Assembly (NCBI GenBank): GCA_041651035.1
Contig: JBAZKC010000002.1
Location: 201,046 to 265,045 of the forward strand
Reading direction: 5' to 3'
Origin: Candidatus Omnitrophota bacterium
Lineage (GTDB): Bacteria > Omnitrophota > Gorgyraeia > Gygaellales > Profunditerraquicolaceae
Length of the DNA stretch: 64,000 nucleotides
Position numbers and translations under genes: made by a program. The notes under the pieces were generated by a model. That model searched no databases and was not told the DNA's origin. It worked only from the letters and a program-made list of their open reading frames with translations. Positions 22,501 through 31,080 of the stretch are shown in pieces (position 1 is the first letter of the stretch; the number at the start of each line of letters is the position of its first letter).

Positions 22501-22947
22501 ACCCGCGCTAAGCAAGAGAAGATGGCGATCTTAAAATTAGAGGACTTAGAGGGAGGGGTAGAAGTACTGGTGTTTCCGCGGACATACCAGAAGGTATCCG
22601 GTTATATCCAACCCAACACAGTCGTGCTGATAAGAGGAACCCTTAACCTTAAAGAAGATACCCCCAAGATCATAGCTAATGATCTAATTCCATTTGAGGC
22701 GATCTATAAGCTGATCACGGGTATAAATATAAACCTTTCAGGCATACGTGAGAACATTTTTGAGAGTTTAAAGGGGTTATTGGCTGTTTCACACGGCACC
22801 ATCCCTATTTATCTGCATCTGGATACTCCTACAAAAGCCAGGACACATATTGTCGTAGGTTCTGACCTCTATGTTTCTCCGTCTGAGAAATTGATCCAGG
22901 ATATAGGAGAGCTTTTGGGAGAAGAAAGGCTGTCTTTGGTGGTCTAG
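19528..22947 (+). CDS. dnaE: DNA polymerase III alpha subunit
   Basis: 1,139 aa. N-terminal PHP domain (HLHLHTQYSLLDG), polymerase core motifs, and an OB-fold near the C-terminus. Confidence 0.95.
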   Translation: MPHSDFIHLHLHTQYSLLDGACRIPEILDLAKQYKMDSLAITDHGNMFGAIDFYLEAQKAGIKPIIGCEVYVARGSRLDKSSGGIEEAANHLILLARDETGYHNLMKLVSIGYLEGFYYRPRVDKEMLAQFSEGFIGLSACLKGEIPSLLQQKRFNDALKAADTYLNIFGKGNFYLEIQGNSIPEQKIVNAGLIKISKELNIPLVATNDVHYLSRDRAASHEALLCIQTQTTLDDPNRMRFQTDEFYFTSPEEMKEFFKDTPEAVTNTVEIARRCNLELDFSKIHLPKYDPPKDQTKEEFLMRLCEEGLKERYASITPAITGRLEHELKIIKSTGFVSYFLIVWDFIHYAKTQGIPVGPGRGSAAGSIVSYLLGITDIDPLKYGLLFERFLNPERLSLPDIDIDFCYERRQEVIDYVAKKYGQENVAQIITFGTMQARAVLRDVGRVMGISYADVDRIAKMIPPELDITLKKALESETELKNMYKNDPEITKLINTAMSLEGLNRHASVHAAGVVIADRPLNNYMPLFKTGDDQITSGYSMGVLEKIGLLKVDFLGLRTLTVINEAVKLVKQTRGIEVDIEKLPLDDAPTYKLLSGAHTIGIFQVESSGMRDLLRKLEPSCFEDLIALLALYRPGPIGSGMLDDFMKRKHKLVPIKYEHPKLEPILKETYGIMVYQEQIMQIASSLAGFSLAQADILRKAMGKKIPEVMEKQRKNFLTGCIKNEIKESVANRIFDLIEYFSGYGFNKSHSTAYALISYRTAYLKANFPVEFMTALLTSERDNIDKIVEYVNEAGRMGQKVLPPDINESEGLFKVVDKNTIRFGLLAVKNVGTGAAESIVAARKNKKFASLEDLTSRIDLRLANKKVLESLIKCGALDYFNMPRAQMTASLDMILESASRSQKEKAKGQFSFFDQAFKSTANNLPSVREWPEPQLLSFEKEMLGFYVSGHPLARYAKQLRLFASASTSSLTQHKDQDEIKIVGLIAKIKQTTTRAKQEKMAILKLEDLEGGVEVLVFPRTYQKVSGYIQPNTVVLIRGTLNLKEDTPKIIANDLIPFEAIYKLITGININLSGIRENIFESLKGLLAVSHGTIPIYLHLDTPTKARTHIVVGSDLYVSPSEKLIQDIGELLGEERLSLVV

Positions 22948-22957
22948 TTAAAATCGC

Positions 22958-22986
22958 TTGACACTGTAAATTTTTGGTATTATTAT
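22958..22986 (+). promoter_or_regulatory. Putative hup promoter: TTGACA, 17-nt spacer, TATTAT
   Basis: TTGACA at 22958-22963 and TATTAT at 22981-22986. Confidence 0.55.
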
Positions 22987-23000
22987 AGTTAGAAAATAAG

Positions 23001-23020
23001 CCTGCCTACCGGCAGGCAGG
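23001..23020. repeat. 20-bp palindrome CCTGCCTaCCGGCAGGCAGG directly abutting the hup RBS (GAGGAG)
   Basis: The same 20-mer (one mismatch) occurs at 3884-3903 inside valS and at 7946-7965 at the uvrB 3' end. Confidence 0.8.
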
Positions 23021-23030
23021 GAGGAGATTA

Positions 23031-23303
23031 ATGACTAAAAAAGATATCATTCTAAAAGTATCTGACGAAACCGTATTAAAACAAATAGATGTAAAAAAGG
23101 TCATCCAAAAGACCCTTGATACGATCATTGAGGCATTGGTAAGAGGAGAAAAGATAGAATTACGTAATTTTGGGGTCTTTAAGGTAAAACAGAGAAAGAG
23201 CCGCACAGGTAGGAACCCTCGCACCAATCAGGTAATTCCTGTCCCGCCCAGAAAAGTAGTAGTCTTTAAGGCCGGTTTGGATATGAAACAAAAAATAAAA
23301 TAA
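23031..23303 (+). CDS. hup: HU/IHF family DNA-binding protein
   Basis: 90 aa. Beta-arm motif RNFGVFKVKQRKSRTGRNPRT. Confidence 0.9.
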   Translation: MTKKDIILKVSDETVLKQIDVKKVIQKTLDTIIEALVRGEKIELRNFGVFKVKQRKSRTGRNPRTNQVIPVPPRKVVVFKAGLDMKQKIK

Positions 23304-23366
23304 TTAATATCCTCTATAACCCTAAGTCAATAGTTTTATCTAAAGCAGCTTAATTGCGATCAGGTT

Positions 23367-24644
23367 ATGTTTAAAAGGGTCCCCGGGACAAAAGATATCC
23401 TGCCGGAAGAAGCGAGCGCGTGGCAGAAAATAGAAGAGGCCAGCCGCAGCATTTTTTCTCTTTACAACTATAAAGAGATACGCCCGCCCTTGATTGAAGA
23501 GGCGTCCTTGTTCGATCGTTCATTAGGACAAACCTCGGAAATAATCCAGAAACAGATGTTCCTGATCAAGAACAAAGAAGATATTTACGCGCTGCGCCCG
23601 GAAGGCACAGCTTCTATCGCGCGTGCCTATATTGAGAATAACCTCGATAAAATATCAAAATTCGCTAAACTTTTCTATATCGGCCCGATGTTCAGGCTGG
23701 AACGGCCGCAAAAAGGAAGGCTTAGGCAATTCCATCATATAGGCTGCGAAGCGATCGGTTCCTCGTGCGCGGGCCTGGACATAGAAGTTATATCCCTGGC
23801 TGATAACCTGCTTAAAGGCCTTTCTATAGATGATTATAAAATCAAGATCAACAGCTTGGGCTGCGCGAAAGATAAAAAGGGATTATCGGTAATATTACAT
23901 AAGGGCCTTAAAGATAAACTGCGCGGACTCTGTGGAGACTGCAAAATAAGGTTTGAAAATAACATCTTAAGGGTATTAGATTGCAAGAATGACGCCTGCC
24001 AAGAAGTAGTCCGGGGATTAGATATTACGGATACCTGCCTTTGCCCGGAATGCGGCGCGCATTTCTCTGAAGTAAGGCAAGGGCTGGACGACTTAGGAAT
24101 AAATTACGAGACGGCGCCTTATCTTGTGCGAGGCCTGGACTATTATACCCGCACAGTATTTGAAATTACGCATAAAGACTTAGGCTCTCAGGATGCCCTA
24201 GGCGCGGGTGGAAGATACGATAACCTGATCAAGGAATTGGGCGGCCCGGATCTCGGGGCTGTTGGGTTTGCTTTTGGGGTCGAGAGATTACTGCTGGCTG
24301 CCGGCCGGAAAGCGCAGGCCGCAGGCAAAGATCTGGTTTACCTGATAGCATTAGGCGGGGAATCAAAAAGGCATGGCTTAAAGTTATTAGACGATCTGCG
24401 TAAGCACGGCATTACCTGTGATACGGACTACGAAAATAAATCCCTTAAGGGAGCCTTAAGAGCAGCTAATGACTTAGGCGCAAAGCTGGTTTTAATTATA
24501 GGGGAGAACGAACTGAAGAAAAACGTAGTAATTTTAAAAGACATGTCCACGGGAGAACAAAAGGAGATAAATAAGGAGCAGGCAGTTAATACAGTTTTAG
24601 AAACCGGGGTATTAAAATCCCGGCAGCTGCCGCACCCCAATTAA
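23367..24644 (+). CDS. hisS: Histidyl-tRNA synthetase
   Basis: 425 aa. Class-II aaRS motifs (YIGPMFRLERPQKGRLRQFHHIGCE, GGRYDNL) and a C-terminal anticodon-binding domain. Confidence 0.9.
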   Translation: MFKRVPGTKDILPEEASAWQKIEEASRSIFSLYNYKEIRPPLIEEASLFDRSLGQTSEIIQKQMFLIKNKEDIYALRPEGTASIARAYIENNLDKISKFAKLFYIGPMFRLERPQKGRLRQFHHIGCEAIGSSCAGLDIEVISLADNLLKGLSIDDYKIKINSLGCAKDKKGLSVILHKGLKDKLRGLCGDCKIRFENNILRVLDCKNDACQEVVRGLDITDTCLCPECGAHFSEVRQGLDDLGINYETAPYLVRGLDYYTRTVFEITHKDLGSQDALGAGGRYDNLIKELGGPDLGAVGFAFGVERLLLAAGRKAQAAGKDLVYLIALGGESKRHGLKLLDDLRKHGITCDTDYENKSLKGALRAANDLGAKLVLIIGENELKKNVVILKDMSTGEQKEINKEQAVNTVLETGVLKSRQLPHPN

Positions 24645-24649
24645 ATATC

Positions 24650-26047
24650 ATGTTACGCACTCATACCTGCGGCCAATTAAACGCCGCTAACGTCGGAGAA
24701 GAAGTTTCATTATGCGGCTGGGTAGCCAGCAGGCGCGACCACGGCAAGCTTATCTTTATTGATATCCGCGACAGGCAAGGTATTACCCAGGTTGTCTTTG
24801 TGCCCAAAGATTCCCCGGAAGCCTATAAAAACGCGCAGAATTTAAGAAGCGAATTTGTCATTCTCCTTAAGGGCAAAGTAAACAGCCGGCCGCAGGGCAC
24901 TATAAATTCTAAAATACCCACGGGAGAAATAGAAATTTTGGCCCGGGAATTGGAAATCCTGAATCCCAGCCTTACTCCGCCTTTTGAAATAGAAGACAGC
25001 CTTAATGTCACGGAAGAAATGCGGCTTAAATACCGCTACCTTGATTTAAGAAGAAAAAGGGTGCTCGGTAATCTCGTCATGAGAAGCAATCTTTCTAAAG
25101 TCATACGTAATTTTATGAGTGAACGTGATTTCATAGAATGCGAAACGCCTATTCTTACAAAATCTACCCCGGAAGGCGCGCGGGATTACCTGGTACCTTC
25201 AAGGCTTAATCCAGGCAAATTCTACGCGCTTCCTCAATCACCGCAATTATTCAAACAGATACTGATGGTAGCCGGCATTGAAAAGTATTATCAGATCGCC
25301 AAATGCTTCAGGGATGAAGACCTGCGCGCTGATCGCCAGCCTGAATTTACCCAGTTAGACATAGAAATGTCTTTTATTGACGAAGAGGACATTTTCTCTT
25401 TAACTGAACAAATGACGCGACTGATATTAAAAGAAATAAAAGGGGTGGATATTAAACTGCCTTTTCCGCGCATAACCTTTGACGAAGCGCAAAAAAAATA
25501 TGGCACGGATAAACCCGATTTAAGAAAAGAATTGAATAATGAATTTGCCTTTGCCTGGGTAGTAGATTTTCCATTGTTCAAATACAATACAGAAGAGAAA
25601 CGCTGGGAGAGCGAACACCATCCTTTCACATCCCCTGCTCAAAAAGATTTAGGTATTTTGGAGAGTGATCCGGAAAAAGTAAAATCCCGTTCATACGACC
25701 TGGTGTTAAACGGCATGGAAATGGGCTCCGGTTCCATAAGGATCCACAGCCCGGAATTACAAGAGAGGATCTTTAAGATCATCGGTATTGATAAAGAACA
25801 GGCGCGTAAACGTTTCGGGTTCCTTTTAGAGGCGTTCCAGTTCGGCGCTCCGCCTCATGGCGGGATCGCTTTAGGCTTAGATAGGCTCCTGGCGATCTTG
25901 GCCGGGGAAGAAAGCATCAGAGAAGTAATAACATTCCCCAAGACGAGCGCTGGTTCCTGCTTATTGACAGACGCGCCCTCGGATGTAGATGAAAAACAAT
26001 TAACAGAGCTGAATTTAACCATAAAGAAAGGGAGGGAAAAACAATGA
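24650..26047 (+). CDS. aspS: Aspartyl-tRNA synthetase, short archaeal/non-discriminating type that lacks the GAD insertion
   Basis: 465 aa. N-terminal OB-fold; class-II motifs [18 protein letters not shown] and [10 protein letters not shown]. Confidence 0.88.
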   Translation: MLRTHTCGQLNAANVGEEVSLCGWVASRRDHGKLIFIDIRDRQGITQVVFVPKDSPEAYKNAQNLRSEFVILLKGKVNSRPQGTINSKIPTGEIEILARELEILNPSLTPPFEIEDSLNVTEEMRLKYRYLDLRRKRVLGNLVMRSNLSKVIRNFMSERDFIECETPILTKSTPEGARDYLVPSRLNPGKFYALPQSPQLFKQILMVAGIEKYYQIAKCFRDEDLRADRQPEFTQLDIEMSFIDEEDIFSLTEQMTRLILKEIKGVDIKLPFPRITFDEAQKKYGTDKPDLRKELNNEFAFAWVVDFPLFKYNTEEKRWESEHHPFTSPAQKDLGILESDPEKVKSRSYDLVLNGMEMGSGSIRIHSPELQERIFKIIGIDKEQARKRFGFLLEAFQFGAPPHGGIALGLDRLLAILAGEESIREVITFPKTSAGSCLLTDAPSDVDEKQLTELNLTIKKGREKQ

Positions 26048-26622
26048 AAAAACAAGGGTTGTTTTATTTATCGGGCTTATGTTTTGCTTTAGTGCTATCA
26101 GGATGCGTGGTCAGGACCTATCCGTTGGTAAAAGAAAGAGTGGACCAGGATTTAACTACAGGTAACCACGGGTATCTTATGGGCCAGGCCCCTGCCTCCA
26201 CAGGAGCGGAAAAAGAAAGAAAAACCACCCGCACCACTCGAGTTGTGGAAATCGAACTGGGTTCTCCGATAAAATTCGAGAAAACATCCAAGAGGGCGGT
26301 TCAGAGCACAGTGCTTACGCAAGAAACAACAGAGCAGACAACGGAGGGTAACCGCGGGTATATCACCCAGTCCATTGAACCCCAAACAATTGCCGAGCCA
26401 TCCTATGAGAATTATACCGTGCAAAAAGGAGATACCCTGCAAAAGATCTCTAAAAAGTTTTACGGTACCACCAAGAATTGGACAAAAATATACGACGCTA
26501 ACAGGGATACGCTTAAAGGCCCTAATAAAGTTTACCCTGGGCGGACTATAAAGATACCGGCCGGCCCTGAATTAAGAAAAGGCGTTGAGCCGTTAATGGA
26601 ACCCAAAGAAAACCTTAAGTAA
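26044..26622 (+). CDS. Lipoprotein with a C-terminal LysM domain
   Basis: 192 aa. Signal peptide with lipobox LSGC; LysM motif YTVQKGDTLQKISKKFYG...YPGRTIKIP. Confidence 0.7.
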   Translation: MKKQGLFYLSGLCFALVLSGCVVRTYPLVKERVDQDLTTGNHGYLMGQAPASTGAEKERKTTRTTRVVEIELGSPIKFEKTSKRAVQSTVLTQETTEQTTEGNRGYITQSIEPQTIAEPSYENYTVQKGDTLQKISKKFYGTTKNWTKIYDANRDTLKGPNKVYPGRTIKIPAGPELRKGVEPLMEPKENLK

Positions 26623-26627
26623 AGCCT

Positions 26628-27584
26628 GTGGAAAAAGTAATCAAACTTCAAACTCACCAAGAAGCGCAGGCTCTTTTTGGCCCTCACGACGATAATATCA
26701 AAATAATAGAAAGAGAACTTAAGGCCAAACTGACTATGCGCGGCGGCCACCTGAAGATAACCGGCACCGCCACTAATATAAAGAAGGCCTCGGAGCTTAT
26801 AGAATATATATTAAACGCCCTGCGGAGAGGCCAGGCAGAGTTAGGCAGGCAGGACCTATACGGCTTGATAGCAAGTTTTAAAGGCAAAAAGAACGGTAAA
26901 ACAGCTGATTTCGAAGAACCGAATACTGCCGTTTCATCCAGCCGTAAGTATGTGGGCCCCAGGACTAAGGGCCAGCAGGAATACATAGAAGCAATAAAAA
27001 AATACGATATCGTATTCGGCATCGGGCCTGCCGGGACAGGCAAAACATACCTGGCTATGAGCTGCGCCGTAGAAGCCTTAAAAAAACAGGAAGCGCGCAG
27101 GATCATTCTTACCCGTCCGGCAATCGAAGCGGGCGAATCCTTAGGGTTCCTGCCGGGCAATATGTACGAAAAGATATCGCCGTACCTTAGGCCGCTTTAC
27201 GACGCGCTTTACGATATGATGGAGGCCGAACGCATCGAGAAGTATTTAGAAACCGGCATTATCGAAGTAGCGCCCCTGGCATATATGAGAGGAAGGACTT
27301 TAAACGACGCCTTCATTATCCTGGATGAAGCGCAAAACTGCACTGCCGAGCAGATGAAAATGTTCCTGACGCGGCTGGGGTTTGATTCTAAAGCGGTCAT
27401 CACCGGAGATATAACGCAAAGCGACCTACCGGACGGCAAACCCATAGGGCTGCTCCAAGCGCAGGATATACTGAAAAATGTCGACGGAATAGGTTTCGTT
27501 TATTTTACCGGCTCCGACGTGGTCAGGCATGCCCTGGTACAAAGGATCATCGAAGCTTATGACAAAACAAATCGGGAAAAATAA
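26628..27584 (+). CDS. phoH: PhoH-like ATPase (YbeZ)
   Basis: 318 aa. GTG start; Walker A GPAGTGKT, and the KH-like N-terminal region. Confidence 0.85.
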   Translation: MEKVIKLQTHQEAQALFGPHDDNIKIIERELKAKLTMRGGHLKITGTATNIKKASELIEYILNALRRGQAELGRQDLYGLIASFKGKKNGKTADFEEPNTAVSSSRKYVGPRTKGQQEYIEAIKKYDIVFGIGPAGTGKTYLAMSCAVEALKKQEARRIILTRPAIEAGESLGFLPGNMYEKISPYLRPLYDALYDMMEAERIEKYLETGIIEVAPLAYMRGRTLNDAFIILDEAQNCTAEQMKMFLTRLGFDSKAVITGDITQSDLPDGKPIGLLQAQDILKNVDGIGFVYFTGSDVVRHALVQRIIEAYDKTNREK

Positions 27585-28935
27585 GTTAAAATTTATTTTC
27601 TGGGCCGCGGCAATATTCATAATCGGCGCGATCGCGCAAGTCAGCCTGATCATCCCGGCGTTATTAGTCTCTTTATGCGCCTACATCAAGGCCAGAAGAT
27701 TAAACCTAAAGAGCCTGAATTTCCTGAATCTAGCTTTGTTATTCCTGATATTTTTAACCGCCGGTTACTTTATAATAAATAAATGGGAAGCATTCTATAT
27801 ACCTTTTTCGGTAATACCGATGCTGACCGTGCTGTTATCCAATAATCTGGAAATATCCCTGCTGATCACATTGGCATCTTCTTTATCAATCGCTTCTTTT
27901 TCCAACAGCCCTTTTGAGCTGGCACTGCCATCCTTGATCAGCGGCATATCAGCGAGTATCTTTATTTTAGGGGCGCGTAAACGCACCACCATCATCCGTG
28001 CCGGGATACTCGTAGGAATTGTACAGGTGATTTCGTTTATCCTTATGGACCATTTCCTGATCAACCAGCCCCAACGATACCTGATCCTTATGCTTAACGG
28101 CGTGGTATCCAGCGTAATTGTGCTGGGAGTGCTGCCTGTTTTTGAATATCTCTTTAAAACAGTTACTAATATCAGTTTATTGGAATTAACCGACTCTCAC
28201 CACCCGCTTTTACAGCGGATGGCATTAGAAGCGCCAGGCACGTATCATCACAGCCTGGTGGTAGGCAACCTCTCAGAGAGCGCCTGCGAAGCAATAGGGG
28301 CCAACGCGCTGTTAGCCAGGATAGGGTCGTATTACCATGACGTAGGCAAGCTCCAAAAACCAGATTATTTTAGCGAAAACCAGGACGCCTCAATGAGCAA
28401 ACACGATACCTTAGCCCCCACCATGAGCAAGCTTATAATTATGAACCACGTTAAGGAAGGCGTGGAATTGGCTAAAAAATACAACCTTAACCCCGCCCTG
28501 ATAGATTTTATACTGCAACATCACGGCAACAGCCTGGTCTATTATTTTTACCGCCGGGCGCTGGAGAACCTGGAAGAAGAACAGGAAGTAAAAGAAGAAG
28601 GATTCCGCTATCCCGGCCCGCTGCCGAACACAAAAGAAACAGCTATAGTGTTACTGGCGGATTCCGTAGAGGCGGCCACGCGCGCTTTAAAAGAACCAAC
28701 CGCGGCAAAAATCGAAGAAGTAGTGCATAAGGTCATTAACAATAAGTTTATTGACGGCCAGCTCGACGAATGCGACCTGACTTTAAAAGACCTGGAAAAA
28801 ATATCTAAAGTGTTCATCCGCATATTAAGCGGCATATACCATAGCCGCGTAACCTATCCTGAAGAGCAGAAAATAAGTGAGAATAACCATAAGAAATTCC
28901 CAAAAGAAGATCCCTATCGATCCGAAAAGGATTAA
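27559..28935 (+). CDS. 7TM-receptor domain protein with an intracellular HD hydrolase domain (YqfF/PgpH family)
   Basis: Seven predicted TM helices followed by an HD domain (HHSLVVGNL...YHDVGK). The start is placed at the internal ATG at 27559. It sits in the conserved phoH/7TM-HD/ybeY context. Confidence 0.8.
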   Translation: MTKQIGKNKLKFIFWAAAIFIIGAIAQVSLIIPALLVSLCAYIKARRLNLKSLNFLNLALLFLIFLTAGYFIINKWEAFYIPFSVIPMLTVLLSNNLEISLLITLASSLSIASFSNSPFELALPSLISGISASIFILGARKRTTIIRAGILVGIVQVISFILMDHFLINQPQRYLILMLNGVVSSVIVLGVLPVFEYLFKTVTNISLLELTDSHHPLLQRMALEAPGTYHHSLVVGNLSESACEAIGANALLARIGSYYHDVGKLQKPDYFSENQDASMSKHDTLAPTMSKLIIMNHVKEGVELAKKYNLNPALIDFILQHHGNSLVYYFYRRALENLEEEQEVKEEGFRYPGPLPNTKETAIVLLADSVEAATRALKEPTAAKIEEVVHKVINNKFIDGQLDECDLTLKDLEKISKVFIRILSGIYHSRVTYPEEQKISENNHKKFPKEDPYRSEKD

Positions 28936-29296
28936 AAAAACAATTCTTAAGGTCTTATCAAAAGAGAATAAAAGAACCGCCGGCGAAATAACCGTCTATT
29001 TTGCGGATGACCAGAAGATCAAAGAATTAAACTTTCGGTTCCTGGGCAAGGATACCCCTACAGACGTATTGGCTTTTGATATGTCTAAGGCAAAAGGTTT
29101 GAGCCCGCTGCTGGCCGATATAGCCATATCTACGGATACCGCTGTCCGGAATTCAAGGGTTTTTAAAACTACCCGCCTTTACGAGCTTTATCTATATTTA
29201 GTTCACGGGCTGCTGCACATTTTAGGTTACGATCACCGAGGCCGGAGGCAAAAACAATTGATGCGGCAAAAAGAAAGGGAATATGTCCATACATAA
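28877..29296 (+). CDS. ybeY: Endoribonuclease YbeY (rRNA maturation factor)
   Basis: 139 aa. Zinc-binding motif HGLLHILGYDH. Confidence 0.85.
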   Translation: MRITIRNSQKKIPIDPKRIKKTILKVLSKENKRTAGEITVYFADDQKIKELNFRFLGKDTPTDVLAFDMSKAKGLSPLLADIAISTDTAVRNSRVFKTTRLYELYLYLVHGLLHILGYDHRGRRQKQLMRQKEREYVHT

Positions 29297-30038
29297 AACT
29301 GAAGCGATAATTTTAAACAGGCGGAATTTCCGGGAGACTTCCATTATAGCTGATTTCTATACGCGGGATTTCGGCAAACTTAGCGGCTTATTAAAAGGCA
29401 TCCGGACAGAACCTGCTAAGTTCGCCAGCAACTTAGAGCCGTTCTCTCTTAATGAAATTATATTTTACAGGAAGAGGAATTCATCATTGCATCTGGTAAC
29501 TCAAGCGGACAAAAAGGACAATTTTGACAATATAAGGCAGAACATCGTAAAGACCGGCATGGCCAGCCTGATAATGGAACTATTAGGGGTGGTAATGCCC
29601 GCGGAAGATAAGAACGAGGACGTATTTAATCTGGCTCTAACCTGCCTTACGGAATTACAAGCCGCCAATAATCCGGATAAAGTAATGACCATATTCAAGA
29701 TCAGGATGTTGTCACTGTCGGGATTCAAGCCCCATTTTGATTCCTGTGTCTCCTGCGGCGATAAGATCATGGGCCAGTCTAAATTCAGCCTGGTATTAGG
29801 AGGATTACTCTGCGGGAAATGCTATCAAAAAGACTTAAGCAGCCGCTCTATATTCCGCGGCACAGTAGCCTCAGTCCTGCATATTGAAAGAAATGATATC
29901 AAAACTAACCTTAATTTAGGGATGAACCCTCAGATAAAAAAAGAACTGGATGTTATACTCAACGCTTTCCTTAACTTTCATTTAGAAAGAGAACTAAAAT
30001 CGCAGAGGGTTTTGAATAAGTTAGCGGTGGCAGTATAG
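29283..30038 (+). CDS. recO: DNA repair protein RecO
   Basis: 251 aa. N-terminal OB-fold (EAIILNRRNFRETS) and the zinc-finger pair CVSCG...CGKC. Confidence 0.85.
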   Translation: MSIHKTEAIILNRRNFRETSIIADFYTRDFGKLSGLLKGIRTEPAKFASNLEPFSLNEIIFYRKRNSSLHLVTQADKKDNFDNIRQNIVKTGMASLIMELLGVVMPAEDKNEDVFNLALTCLTELQAANNPDKVMTIFKIRMLSLSGFKPHFDSCVSCGDKIMGQSKFSLVLGGLLCGKCYQKDLSSRSIFRGTVASVLHIERNDIKTNLNLGMNPQIKKELDVILNAFLNFHLERELKSQRVLNKLAVAV

Positions 30039-30065
30039 GAACTACCCCTAAAACCAGGAGGTGAC

Positions 30066-30998
30066 ATGAAAATAGTTATAGCCGGCCCCGGGGCAATGGG
30101 CTGCTTATTTGCCGCCTTTTTATCTAAATCAAAGGAAGAAATCTGGCTGCTGGACAAAAATAAAGAGAGGGCGCTGAAATTAGCCCAAAACGGGATATCT
30201 ATTGAGGGCGTTTCAGGAAAATGGAACGCGAAGGTAAAATCAACGGCTGATCCTAAGGATATAGGAGCAGCGGATTTAATAATCATCTCCACAAAATCCT
30301 ACGATACAAAAGCCGCTATTACGCAGGCAAAGCCGCTCATCGGAGATAAGACGGGTATACTGACGCTTCAAAACGGCATAGGCAACATTGAAACTATCAG
30401 TGAAGTTTCAGGGCCGGACAATGTCATCGGAGGCATAACTAATTTAGGATCTGCTTTAATTGATGATACGCATATAAGGCATGCCGGATACGGCGAGACA
30501 ATTATCGGAAAGATTGACGGCTCAACTCCGGTGATCTTGCGCAATATAAGAGAATTATTTAACAAAATGAAGCTGGAAACAAAAATTTCCCGGGATATTA
30601 AAAGCATCTTATGGTCAAAACTGATCATCAACGCGGGTATAAACGCGCTCTCCGCGTTGACACGGCTGCATAACGGCCGTTTAATTGAATTTGAAGGAAC
30701 ACGCAGGATATTGCGGGACGCGGTAACTGAAGCGGTAAAAATTGCCAAACGCAAGCGCATCAAGCTTATTTATGATGACCCTCTGGCAAAGGTAGAGGCG
30801 GTATGCGAAGCGACATCGGGTAATGTTTCTTCGATGTTGCAGGATGTCTTACGCAGGAAACGCACGGAAATAGATTATATAAACGGGGTAGTCGTACGCT
30901 TAGGCCAGGAATTAGGGATCCCGGTGCCGGTAAATACGATACTCGTGGATCTGGTAAAAACCCTTGAATCCAGCCATCACTTCGCGCTTGAGAGATAG
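30066..30998 (+). CDS. panE: 2-dehydropantoate 2-reductase
   Basis: 310 aa. Rossmann N-terminus MKIVIAGPGAMG with an ApbA-like C-terminal domain. Confidence 0.8.
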   Translation: MKIVIAGPGAMGCLFAAFLSKSKEEIWLLDKNKERALKLAQNGISIEGVSGKWNAKVKSTADPKDIGAADLIIISTKSYDTKAAITQAKPLIGDKTGILTLQNGIGNIETISEVSGPDNVIGGITNLGSALIDDTHIRHAGYGETIIGKIDGSTPVILRNIRELFNKMKLETKISRDIKSILWSKLIINAGINALSALTRLHNGRLIEFEGTRRILRDAVTEAVKIAKRKRIKLIYDDPLAKVEAVCEATSGNVSSMLQDVLRRKRTEIDYINGVVVRLGQELGIPVPVNTILVDLVKTLESSHHFALER

Positions 30999-31009
30999 GT
31001 ACACCCCTC

Positions 31010-31078
31010 AACAGGGACTGTCCCCGAAAGGTAGCTCCTGCCGAGCTGTTCTTAGGGGACTGTCCCTAAAAATATAGG
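31010..31078. repeat. Intergenic pair of GGGACTGTCCC motifs flanking a short AGCTCCTGCCGAGCT inverted repeat. Related to the GGGAC(A/T)..CCC palindromic family.
   Basis: GGGACTGTCCCC at 31014-31025 and GGGGACTGTCCC at 31065-31076. The same 11-mer occurs at 3867-3877 next to the valS palindrome. Confidence 0.7.
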
Positions 31079-31080
31079 TT

